From a virus: a DNA stretch of 28,411 nucleotides. This document shows, piece by piece, positions 6,442 to 14,277 of this stretch. The DNA is taken from the IMG/VR virus record IMGVR_UViG_3300045988_034311, positions 1 through 28,411 of that record. One strand, 5' to 3'. Numbering within the stretch: the first letter of the stretch is position 1; each line of letters starts with the position of its first letter. The position numbers were made by a program, and so were the translations under genes. Below the pieces are notes generated by a model. The model was not told the DNA's origin and did no database searches. It saw nothing but the letters and a program-made list of their open reading frames with translations.

Positions 6442-8529
6442 GTGAGCTTAATCAGCAATCTCCGCGACGGGTTTATGAGCGCTTTCGACCGCAACCACGC
6501 GCCGAGCATGTCCCCCACACCAATGGGCGGGAACATCTGGCAACCGATGGGCGGCAACACCATCCCCATGCACGACACCTACGACAACGTATTTCCCTAC
6601 GTGAACGCCATCGCGCAACGGTTCAGCACGGTGATTCCCTACGCCGTGGACTCGGAAAACCGGCGTATCGACCCGGCTCCAGCACCATTGGCCGCACTTT
6701 ACGCTCCCAACGACACCTATTCGTGCTTGGAGTTTTTAAAGATCGTTTGCGCCAGCATCCTCACTCAATCTCACTTGGATGTGCTGATCTGGACAGACAA
6801 CGGGCCGGGCGGAGACATTACAGCCGACAACATCCTCGGCTATACGCTGCTGCCGTCGAACAGCCGACAGTATAATTCCACGCGCTCGGACTGGTATCAT
6901 CGCGTCACGATGGACTTGGGTGATGGCGAACGAGTCTACGAATTCTCTCGAAACGAAACAATCGCCCTCAGCTACTCGCAGCACCCGAACGATACCACTC
7001 GGGGCATTGCACCGGCCATGACGGTGAAGAAATGGGCGAACGTGGACGATATGATCGCCGACTATGAGCGTGGTTTCTTCGGCAACAACGCCGTACCCGC
7101 TGGAATGCTCGGAATCGTGTCCGAAAATACTGAGGACTTCCAGCGCAACCGCGACCGCCTCGAAAACGCATTCCGTGGTGCAGGCAACAACAACGGAATC
7201 GTATACAACATGATCCCGGTTGACCCGATGACCCATAAGCCCAGCACCACCAGCAAACTCGTATGGGTACCGTTCCAGAACGCCAACGACAGTCTGGACT
7301 TGCAGACCGTGAACGACGTGGTAAACAACCGATTGTCGAACGCTCTGGCAGTCCCGGACATTATTCGCGGCATCGACAACGGGCAGACCTACGCCAACGC
7401 CGAACAAGCCGAACGCGCGTTCATCGAAAACACGTTGAAACCGTTGTGTATGACGGTGTGGGATAAATGGCAGTTCGAGTTAGACCGCATCACAGGCGGC
7501 TTAGGCTACGGCATCACGTTCGATCTCAACCTGCCGTCCCAAACCGACGTAGAAAAGGTGCAGGCCGACACCCAGAAGGTTCGTATCGACTCGCTCACCA
7601 AAGTCCTGAACATGGGGGCCAGTCTTGAATCCGCCGTGGACGCGCTCGGCCTCCCCGACTCGTACAAGCGTCTTGACCTGCACCAGCAAACTCCGACACT
7701 GACTATCCCCATAGCCGCAAAACGATATGCGCGGAATATCAAACCGCAGGAAACGGCCACCGAGAACCGTATTCTCCCGGCGACGCGACGCTACGTGAAC
7801 CGAGTAATCCGCATGGCCCGCCGCTCCCAGAACGGTTTGCGTGATGATCTGGAAGCCATCGGCGACCAGTGGATAAACGACGTGGAAGACGAGTTGATGG
7901 CAAATCTCGCCGCCTACGCGCGACGCACCGGCTACGAGTTGGAGCAGGTCATTACAGCGTGGGCTGAGGTACACCCGGAAAGCGCCATTGCCGTGGAGGT
8001 CGAGGGCTACACCGCCGATGACTGGCGGCAACTCTACTTCTGGAGCGAACTGCCAGACACCGTGCGTGAAGCATACTTGGAGCATTTACAGAGCGTGGCC
8101 AAGTCCACCAGCAAGACCATCACGAACGACGTGCTCGAACTACTGAACCGTGCCGACGTGGAACAGTGGGACGCCGAACGCCTGCGCGAAGCCCTCGAAC
8201 GAATGGGCAACGATCACGCCGAACTGATTGCCCGGTGTGAGACGGTGCAATCCCAACGGCTCGGCAGCCTGTACAGCGCCCGCAACCTCAGCGAAACACT
8301 CGGAGTCCGACTAGCCAAGGTTTGGCGTACCAGCGGCGACGAAAAAGTATGCGAATTCTGTCACCACATGGAAGGCAAACGAATCGCGCTCGATGACACG
8401 TATCTGGCCGAGAACGCCAGCGTCGAGATCGGCGACCGCACCTACGTGAACAACTTCGAGAGTATGCAGACGCCGAACGGACACCCGAACTGCCGTTGCT
8501 ACGAGGATTACGAGGTGGTCGAATCATGA
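6442..8529 (+). CDS. Portal protein fused to a C-terminal MuF / SPP1 gp7-like head-morphogenesis domain
   Basis: GTG start with RBS GAGGAA. The N-terminal ~460 aa are portal-like (FFGNNAVPAGMLG...ANAEQAERAFIENTLKPL). The C-terminus carries the MuF signature VWRTSGDEKVCEFCHHMEGK...PNGHPNCRCY. Confidence 0.8.
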   Translation: MSLISNLRDGFMSAFDRNHAPSMSPTPMGGNIWQPMGGNTIPMHDTYDNVFPYVNAIAQRFSTVIPYAVDSENRRIDPAPAPLAALYAPNDTYSCLEFLKIVCASILTQSHLDVLIWTDNGPGGDITADNILGYTLLPSNSRQYNSTRSDWYHRVTMDLGDGERVYEFSRNETIALSYSQHPNDTTRGIAPAMTVKKWANVDDMIADYERGFFGNNAVPAGMLGIVSENTEDFQRNRDRLENAFRGAGNNNGIVYNMIPVDPMTHKPSTTSKLVWVPFQNANDSLDLQTVNDVVNNRLSNALAVPDIIRGIDNGQTYANAEQAERAFIENTLKPLCMTVWDKWQFELDRITGGLGYGITFDLNLPSQTDVEKVQADTQKVRIDSLTKVLNMGASLESAVDALGLPDSYKRLDLHQQTPTLTIPIAAKRYARNIKPQETATENRILPATRRYVNRVIRMARRSQNGLRDDLEAIGDQWINDVEDELMANLAAYARRTGYELEQVITAWAEVHPESAIAVEVEGYTADDWRQLYFWSELPDTVREAYLEHLQSVAKSTSKTITNDVLELLNRADVEQWDAERLREALERMGNDHAELIARCETVQSQRLGSLYSARNLSETLGVRLAKVWRTSGDEKVCEFCHHMEGKRIALDDTYLAENASVEIGDRTYVNNFESMQTPNGHPNCRCYEDYEVVES

Positions 8530-8666
8530 CGTATGACATCCATTGCAAACGCTGCGGACGCTACCTAGGCTCCTGCGCCCGCGACACCATGGTTACATTG
8601 AAGTGCCCGAACTGCAAAGGCTTGGACACGTATCGCATCGTGCTACTATGGGGGTCAGAACATTAA
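8526..8666 (+). CDS. Com-like zinc-ribbon mini-protein (46 aa)
   Basis: ATGA overlap with the portal stop. Hand translation: MTYDIHCKRCGRYLGSCARDTMVTLKCPNCKGLDTYRIVLLWGSEH. The CxxC-16 residues-CxxC spacing is broadly like phage Mu Com. Confidence 0.5.
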   Translation: MTYDIHCKRCGRYLGSCARDTMVTLKCPNCKGLDTYRIVLLWGSEH

Positions 8667-8720
8667 GCCCATTAAGGACGTTCGACCGCACCACTACCCT
8701 ACTAATCTGAAAGGGCCACG

Positions 8721-10547
8721 ATGAAGACTCGTAAGAGCTTCGCCAACAGCGGTGCCCCAGAAACCAATGGCCGTACCCTCACCTTCCTCGCCAACAGCGG
8801 CAAAGTGATGTGCGACGGACTCACCGTAGACCTCAAGACACTCAAAGCTCCGCTTATCGACGGCAGCCTGAAACTGGTGTCCGACCTCACCGAGTCCGAC
8901 AAACTATCCCTCCCGTTGTTGATCGACCATATGCCCAGCATTGAATGCCAAGCGGGTGCAATCACCCGACTTTGGATGACCGACGCCGGGATGATGGCCG
9001 AAGCGAAACTCAGCGAGGTAGATCAGGGCGAACGTATCCGCCAGCTCGCCGCCGACGGATGTTTGACCAATAGTTTCAGTATCACCGTTGAATTCAACCA
9101 GCGTCCCGGCAAGGACGGTATTATCCACGATGGCGAATTGCTGGAAATCAGCGTCGTGTATCGTGGGGCCGACCCAAGGGCCGCTTTCACAGCAATTAAC
9201 AGCCGCAACAACAACACGAATGGAGACACCATGAACCCGGAACTCCTTAAGAAGTTGGCGCGTACCATCGCCCAGTTCAAGCTCACCCCGGACGAGGCGG
9301 AACAGCTCACCACGTCCATCGGTGAGATCATGCAGGGCGCGCTCGATGACATCACCGAAGCCATCGGCGAACAGTCCGACTCCAACAATGAGGAAAACAC
9401 CCCTGCCCCGGAGGAACCCGTGCAGACTTCCAGCGGTCGCCAGACCATCATCATCAACAAAGCCAATCACGCCGCCCACCAGTCGGGTACCGTGAAGTTC
9501 TCCCACGACCGTAAGACGTGGCTGGACTCCGACGACGCCATGATCGCGTTCGAACGTGCCCTGATCGACACCGATAACAAGGGTGTCGAAGCGTTCCACC
9601 GTGAGTGGGCGGACACCGTGAACCGTAACATGTCGGACACCGCATCCTTCGGCGTTGACGCCACCAACGTGAACAAGTTCATCCCGACCGAAGCCATCAC
9701 CACTATCTCGGACGCGCTGAACACTCGCGGCTCCGGCCTGTGGAACCTGCTGCGCAAAACCGGTCTTGACCGTCTGACCATCGGCGGCAATATCGCCGGT
9801 CTGACTGAGGAGACCCGTGCTCACGGCTACCCGGTGAGCGAGTACGGCAAGCAGAAGAAAGAACAAACGCTTTCGTTCGTGAAGCGTGAACTTCAGGCCG
9901 ACTACACCTACAAGTACTTCAAACTGAACAAGGGCGATATCCGCCGCACCCAGCGTCCGGGCGCTCTGCTCCGCTACGTGCTTCAGGAACTCCCGAACTA
10001 TATTATCCAGACCATCGAACGTCAGATTACGCTCGGCGGTTACGAGGACATGGCTCACTTCCGTTCGGTCGTGACCGACGCGGGAGACAATTCGTCTTCG
10101 TCCGAGTGGAATGGCAACCGTTTCGCGCTCTCCTACACCATGACGAATGATGCCCCGCTGATGGACTTTGTTCGCGCCTCCCACATGGTTCGAGCTCAGG
10201 GCAACAAGGTACTCCTGTGCAACGCCGACACCGTGGCAGACCTGCTGATGTCCGCTAATGCGAACGGCAACACGTACATAGCTCTCGGCGGTGACGATAC
10301 TCTGGCCCGCGCCCTCGGCGTAAACCAGATCATCACCCCTGAATGGTGGACTGACACGGACGACACCACCACTATGGGTGTCATCATGTCCGCATCCCAC
10401 TACGCGGTGGTTGGCGATACGTCCATCGAGGCGTTCACGAACTTCGCGCTCAGCACGAACACCAACGAGTATCTTCAGGAAATCTACGCTGGTGGCGGTC
10501 TGGACGCGGAGAAGTCCGCCGTGGTCATCAAGCCGAAGGGCAAGTGA
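8721..10547 (+). CDS. Prohead protease - scaffold-like linker - HK97-fold major capsid protein fusion
   Basis: Residues ~60-165 match the S78/HK97 protease pattern (LLIDHMPS...NSFSITVEF...GELLEISVVYRGADPRA). An acidic helical linker follows, then a ~320-aa capsid-like C-terminus. No separate protease, scaffold or capsid ORF is present. Confidence 0.75.
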   Translation: MKTRKSFANSGAPETNGRTLTFLANSGKVMCDGLTVDLKTLKAPLIDGSLKLVSDLTESDKLSLPLLIDHMPSIECQAGAITRLWMTDAGMMAEAKLSEVDQGERIRQLAADGCLTNSFSITVEFNQRPGKDGIIHDGELLEISVVYRGADPRAAFTAINSRNNNTNGDTMNPELLKKLARTIAQFKLTPDEAEQLTTSIGEIMQGALDDITEAIGEQSDSNNEENTPAPEEPVQTSSGRQTIIINKANHAAHQSGTVKFSHDRKTWLDSDDAMIAFERALIDTDNKGVEAFHREWADTVNRNMSDTASFGVDATNVNKFIPTEAITTISDALNTRGSGLWNLLRKTGLDRLTIGGNIAGLTEETRAHGYPVSEYGKQKKEQTLSFVKRELQADYTYKYFKLNKGDIRRTQRPGALLRYVLQELPNYIIQTIERQITLGGYEDMAHFRSVVTDAGDNSSSSEWNGNRFALSYTMTNDAPLMDFVRASHMVRAQGNKVLLCNADTVADLLMSANANGNTYIALGGDDTLARALGVNQIITPEWWTDTDDTTTMGVIMSASHYAVVGDTSIEAFTNFALSTNTNEYLQEIYAGGGLDAEKSAVVIKPKGK

Positions 10548-10741
10548 TGAACGCTGAAATGTACGCACGAGTCGGCGGCAAGGCGCTGCCAAAAGACAAC
10601 ATGAAGGCGGTTAAGGTCATCAACTTCGTTGATGAGGAGGGTCAGCCTGTCGGTAAGGCCGCTCACGTTGACCCGACGTCCGGCACAGTAACGCAAGTAG
10701 TGAACGCTCTGATTGCCGCAGGTTTGATGGCGTCCGCCTGA
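10547..10741 (+). CDS. Small hypothetical head-associated protein
   Basis: TGATG overlap with the capsid stop. 64 aa, followed by a strong terminator. Confidence 0.45.
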   Translation: MNAEMYARVGGKALPKDNMKAVKVINFVDEEGQPVGKAAHVDPTSGTVTQVVNALIAAGLMASA

Positions 10742-10777
10742 CACGCTACCCTAAACAGTAGCGGGACTGCACCGCAA

Positions 10778-10821
10778 AGGCCCTATCTCCTACAATGGGA
10801 GGTAGGGCCTAACTCATTTTT
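10778..10821 (+). terminator. Rho-independent terminator after the capsid module
   Basis: aggccctatctcc (10778..10790) pairs with ggaggtagggcct (10798..10810), giving a 13-bp stem with one G-U. The loop is 7 nt and is followed by aactcattttt. Confidence 0.7.
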
Positions 10822-10835
10822 CGGAAGGAGCGATC

Positions 10836-11498
10836 ATGGACATCGACGCCAGCGTAATCAATCAGGTGGGAGACGCGAACTACACACGGTGGAAGGATGC
10901 CGCGCTCGCAGACCTCGCCAACATTCTATGCCAAAAAGCCCTATCCCAGCTTACGGATGATTACGTGGGAATCGTCGTAGGGGATGGCTGCCATGTGGCC
11001 CTACTGGCATGGTATTCGGAAGTGAGCAACGTGCAGACCACCGACGGGGTCAAACTCGATTTTCACGTGAACTACGATATGAGCGACGGGTGGAAGCCAG
11101 AAACCAAGTACGCGAACTACCTGACCATCACGGAACGTCTCACGGCGGGCACGGCAATAACCGTGACCGGAACACACGGGTTCGCGAAACTCCCCGCCCC
11201 ATTATCTTCTGTGTTGGCTGCAATCATCGAGGCAGACCAGAACATGCTTGACCAGACCGACCGCATCACCTCGAAGAGCATCGAGGATGTGAGCGTGAGT
11301 TACGCCACGGTCAACGAGACGACTATGGAACGTGCGTTAACTCCGTACCGCTCGCTTATCAACAAGTGGTCGCTATGCCGGAACGGCGTGGAGTCGGGGG
11401 GCATCTTGTCCATGCCGCGCAAGCACTGCAATTTGCCGTGGTGGCTCAACTCGCAGGACTATGTGGGAGGTGACTACGCTTATGGCAACGCTCTGTGA
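10836..11498 (+). CDS. Putative head-tail connector/adaptor protein
   Basis: RBS GGAAGGAG. It is the first gene after the capsid. The motif ITSKSIEDVSVSYA resembles gp6-like connector proteins. Confidence 0.4.
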   Translation: MDIDASVINQVGDANYTRWKDAALADLANILCQKALSQLTDDYVGIVVGDGCHVALLAWYSEVSNVQTTDGVKLDFHVNYDMSDGWKPETKYANYLTITERLTAGTAITVTGTHGFAKLPAPLSSVLAAIIEADQNMLDQTDRITSKSIEDVSVSYATVNETTMERALTPYRSLINKWSLCRNGVESGGILSMPRKHCNLPWWLNSQDYVGGDYAYGNAL

Positions 11499-11853
11499 CC
11501 CGTTCACACTGTTCCCGAACCAAGTCCAAGCGGCGACGCTTTGGCGGTACACGGCTCCCGGTCTGCCTAACGAACAATTGGCCGACTTGCAGGTGATTGT
11601 GAAGCACTCCACCCAGTCCGACCAGCCGACCGAATACGGTTCGCGTATCAGCAGCCGCCGCTTCCACATTCAGACGGACACGGTTCCCGAGAGTCTGCGG
11701 GCGAACATGGAACTATGGCCCGATCTGATGTTGGAACTCTCAGATGGCAGAGTGTACCAAGTCACGCAGGCCAGCCGGGGCGATGACATGGATATGGGGG
11801 AAACCCGGTTCATCACCGTGTATGGGACACCGTATGGAAGGGACAGCATATGA
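11482..11853 (+). CDS. Putative head-closure / head-tail joining protein
   Basis: ATG 11482 is preceded by GGGAGG. Size and position fit this role. The ORF track start at 11461 is also possible. Confidence 0.45.
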   Translation: MATLCDPFTLFPNQVQAATLWRYTAPGLPNEQLADLQVIVKHSTQSDQPTEYGSRISSRRFHIQTDTVPESLRANMELWPDLMLELSDGRVYQVTQASRGDDMDMGETRFITVYGTPYGRDSI

Positions 11854-12173
11854 GCTACCGGTTACAGTTGTCCGCTGATTGGACACGCAAACTCTCCACC
11901 CAACAGTTGAACAAGGGCGGCGTGAGAATGATGACCGACATTCTCAAGATGGCACGGGAGAACGCGCCGTACAAGTCCGGCGCTTTGCGTAACAGTGGCC
12001 GTTTCCAACAGGTCTCCACGCTTAAGTGGCGTGTCACGTTCGGCAACGATCGTGTCCCTTACGCTCCTCTCCGCGAACGTGTGAACCATCTCCACCCGAA
12101 TAAGGTACGCTACCTCCAGCGAGCGCGGAACACCGCCGCCAGCCGTGTGAAATCGTACTTCGATCTAGGATAG
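11850..12173 (+). CDS. HK97 gp10-like tail component
   Basis: KMARENAPYKSGALRNSGRF...YAPLRE matches the gp10-family pattern. ATGA overlap with the upstream gene. Confidence 0.6.
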   Translation: MSYRLQLSADWTRKLSTQQLNKGGVRMMTDILKMARENAPYKSGALRNSGRFQQVSTLKWRVTFGNDRVPYAPLRERVNHLHPNKVRYLQRARNTAASRVKSYFDLG

Positions 12174-12183
12174 GAGCGACATC

Positions 12184-12612
12184 ATGATTGATCTGGCCAT
12201 GTGTATGACCCTCCAAAACGAGGGTTTCGGCACTTACGGAAAAACCCTGTTCTTCGGCACTAGTCCCGTATTGGACACGGGTAGCGTCACGAACGCCGAG
12301 GGCATCTGGGTCAACGCGAACACTGTGGGCATCAATGGCGACCTGTACACGGATCAGCTCACAGTCAGCAGCCGATACTTCGACGTGATCGAACAAGGAA
12401 AGTTGATGCTCCGACTCCTGCACTTCGTCAACAATCGTCTTCATGACTATTGCAGGCTGACCTGTAACCCCATTGCCGATATTGACTTTGTATCAATCCG
12501 CGTGCATCCGGCGACAGCCATCGACATGGACGCCATCGACGGGGAAGGACGCTGGGTGAAAAGCATCCGATTCAACATTGACTACAAGCTCTCCAACGAA
12601 ACGGTAGAATAA
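12184..12612 (+). CDS. Putative tail terminator / tail completion protein
   Basis: RBS AGGAG. It sits immediately before the major tail protein. 142 aa. Confidence 0.45.
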   Translation: MIDLAMCMTLQNEGFGTYGKTLFFGTSPVLDTGSVTNAEGIWVNANTVGINGDLYTDQLTVSSRYFDVIEQGKLMLRLLHFVNNRLHDYCRLTCNPIADIDFVSIRVHPATAIDMDAIDGEGRWVKSIRFNIDYKLSNETVE

Positions 12613-12665
12613 GAACCGTCCATTAGTCGCGCGCGTGCAGTCCCGCCCGACGAAAGGACAATAAA

Positions 12666-13493
12666 ATGGCCTCCTACCCCCTCATCGGCAAAAAGACCGT
12701 ATACATTGACGATCTTGTAATCAGCCCCGACTTTGTGCAGGATGAAGTGGGCACTATCACCCTGACCCCCGGCACCACCGAGGTTGCTTCCCAGTCCGGC
12801 ACCATCAACGTGCCGAACGGTTCCTACGAGGAAATGAGTTTCGAGCTAAAAATCATCTGCCCGAGCGTCCGCTTCCTCGGAATGCTGTTCCCGGAGCTGT
12901 ACCATAACGCGAAGTTCAAGCGCGTTATCTCCGGTTCGATGTCCGAAACCGGTCAAGTTCGTTTCGGAGCCAACGAATGCGTGTCGAACACTCCGCGTGA
13001 CATTATCATTCACAACGTGTGCGATGGACACAGTTCGGCTCAGGACTTCCGTATTCCGCAGGCGCTAATCAGCGCGGGCGGCGAATTCACTCTGAGCCTG
13101 TCCGACCCGTTCGTGGTCACACTGTCCGGCTCGATGACCTCCGGGGCCAACGGTGCCGTGGTCATGGGTGAGCTTGATCTGGATAACCCGTCGTACTACG
13201 ACGAGGATTCCGGCACCATCAAGACGGAGAGCACTCAGATTACCTCGCTTACCGCGTCTCCGGCGAACCTCTCCGGTCGTGTCAACGATCATGGGACCGT
13301 GCACGTCGTGGCGTCTCCGAATGGTGCCACTGGTACCATCACCGCCACCGTGGCTGAAACTGCTAAGGCTTCCGCTACGGACAACGGGGACGGCACTTGG
13401 GATATCGAGTTTAAGCAGACCGGTACGGGTACCGTCACGTTCAAGAGCGGCAGCGTGCAGACCGTGGTTAACTTCAATATTGCCAGTGCGTGA
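12666..13493 (+). CDS. Major tail protein with a C-terminal Ig-like (Big_2-like) domain
   Basis: Positioned between the terminator-like protein and the chaperones. The C-terminal ~85 aa (ITSLTASPANLSG...GTGTVTFKSGSVQTVVNFNIA) look Ig-like. A hairpin follows. Confidence 0.65.
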   Translation: MASYPLIGKKTVYIDDLVISPDFVQDEVGTITLTPGTTEVASQSGTINVPNGSYEEMSFELKIICPSVRFLGMLFPELYHNAKFKRVISGSMSETGQVRFGANECVSNTPRDIIIHNVCDGHSSAQDFRIPQALISAGGEFTLSLSDPFVVTLSGSMTSGANGAVVMGELDLDNPSYYDEDSGTIKTESTQITSLTASPANLSGRVNDHGTVHVVASPNGATGTITATVAETAKASATDNGDGTWDIEFKQTGTGTVTFKSGSVQTVVNFNIASA

Positions 13494-13503
13494 GCATAAG
13501 TAA

Positions 13504-13533
13504 CGCCCGCCACCAGAATTGTGGTGGCGGGCG
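13504..13533 (+). terminator. Perfect 12-bp GC-rich hairpin after the major tail gene
   Basis: cgcccgccacca pairs with tggtggcgggcg around the loop gaattg. No clear U-tract follows, so it may attenuate or stabilise rather than terminate. Confidence 0.5.
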
Positions 13534-13594
13534 CAGGATGGAAAGGTTGCAAGAAAAGCAACATGATTCATGATACCACCCGATTGGAGCAATA

Positions 13595-13948
13595 ATGACT
13601 ACCCCGGTTTTGAGCATCGACACCCGCGAAGCGTTCCGCACCCTTACCGTGAAAATCGACGGCACCGTGTACACCATGCGCCCGCTCGGGTCGAAGGACA
13701 TGTTAACGATTCTGGATAATGCTGAGACGATTGACAAGCTGAGCGCGGGCGTGGCGAACCGTGAGACTTTGGAAACCGCCGAAAAGATCATCTTCCCCTT
13801 GGTTGAATCGCTTATGAGTCCCGCTGATAAATTCTCCGAGTGGAAGGTGAAGACGCAGGAGCGTAGCGACCTCGCCTATCAGCGTGCCATGACCGCGTTG
13901 TCCGGGCTTATGGCGAAGAACATCACCGTTGCCATCAAGGGCGAGTAA
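13595..13948 (+). CDS. Tail assembly chaperone (gpG-like)
   Basis: Its position between the major tail and tape measure genes. 117 aa. Confidence 0.6.
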   Translation: MTTPVLSIDTREAFRTLTVKIDGTVYTMRPLGSKDMLTILDNAETIDKLSAGVANRETLETAEKIIFPLVESLMSPADKFSEWKVKTQERSDLAYQRAMTALSGLMAKNITVAIKGE

Positions 13949-14277
13949 TGAAGTCGTGGGATAGTCTGCTCACTCCCTCCGAACGGGAGAAGATGCGGAA
14001 GTTCAAGCAGCAGGAACAAGCACGCCGCCCGCTGCCGTCCGTCCGTATCCTCGCTGAACTCGGTGACATGTATGGGTGGCAGGCTATCCGCGACGTGCTG
14101 GAAAACAAGGTTGACCCCGACCTTATGATGCGCCTTCTCCGGGAGAGCCGGAACGTTCGTCGCAAGCATCTGGCCGACCAGTATCTCATGATGTTTGAGA
14201 GCATCGCCGCCGCTTTTACCAAGCATGGCGACCGCAAGATTAACGCGATCATCGAACAACTCGGGAAGGACGTGTGA
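13948..14277 (+). CDS. Second tail assembly chaperone ORF (gpT-like position)
   Basis: It lies in the -1 frame relative to 13595..13948. Its own ATG overlaps the upstream stop (TAATG). That frame is open upstream back to 13867. Confidence 0.5.
   Translation: MKSWDSLLTPSEREKMRKFKQQEQARRPLPSVRILAELGDMYGWQAIRDVLENKVDPDLMMRLLRESRNVRRKHLADQYLMMFESIAAAFTKHGDRKINAIIEQLGKDV

Noticed and set aside
8904-10592. 562-aa ORF on the minus strand, antisense to the capsid fusion gene
   Set aside because: It is a shadow ORF of GC-rich coding sequence. The translation is Arg/Gly/Val/His-rich and low in complexity. There is no RBS, and the plus-strand frame carries recognisable protease and capsid motifs.
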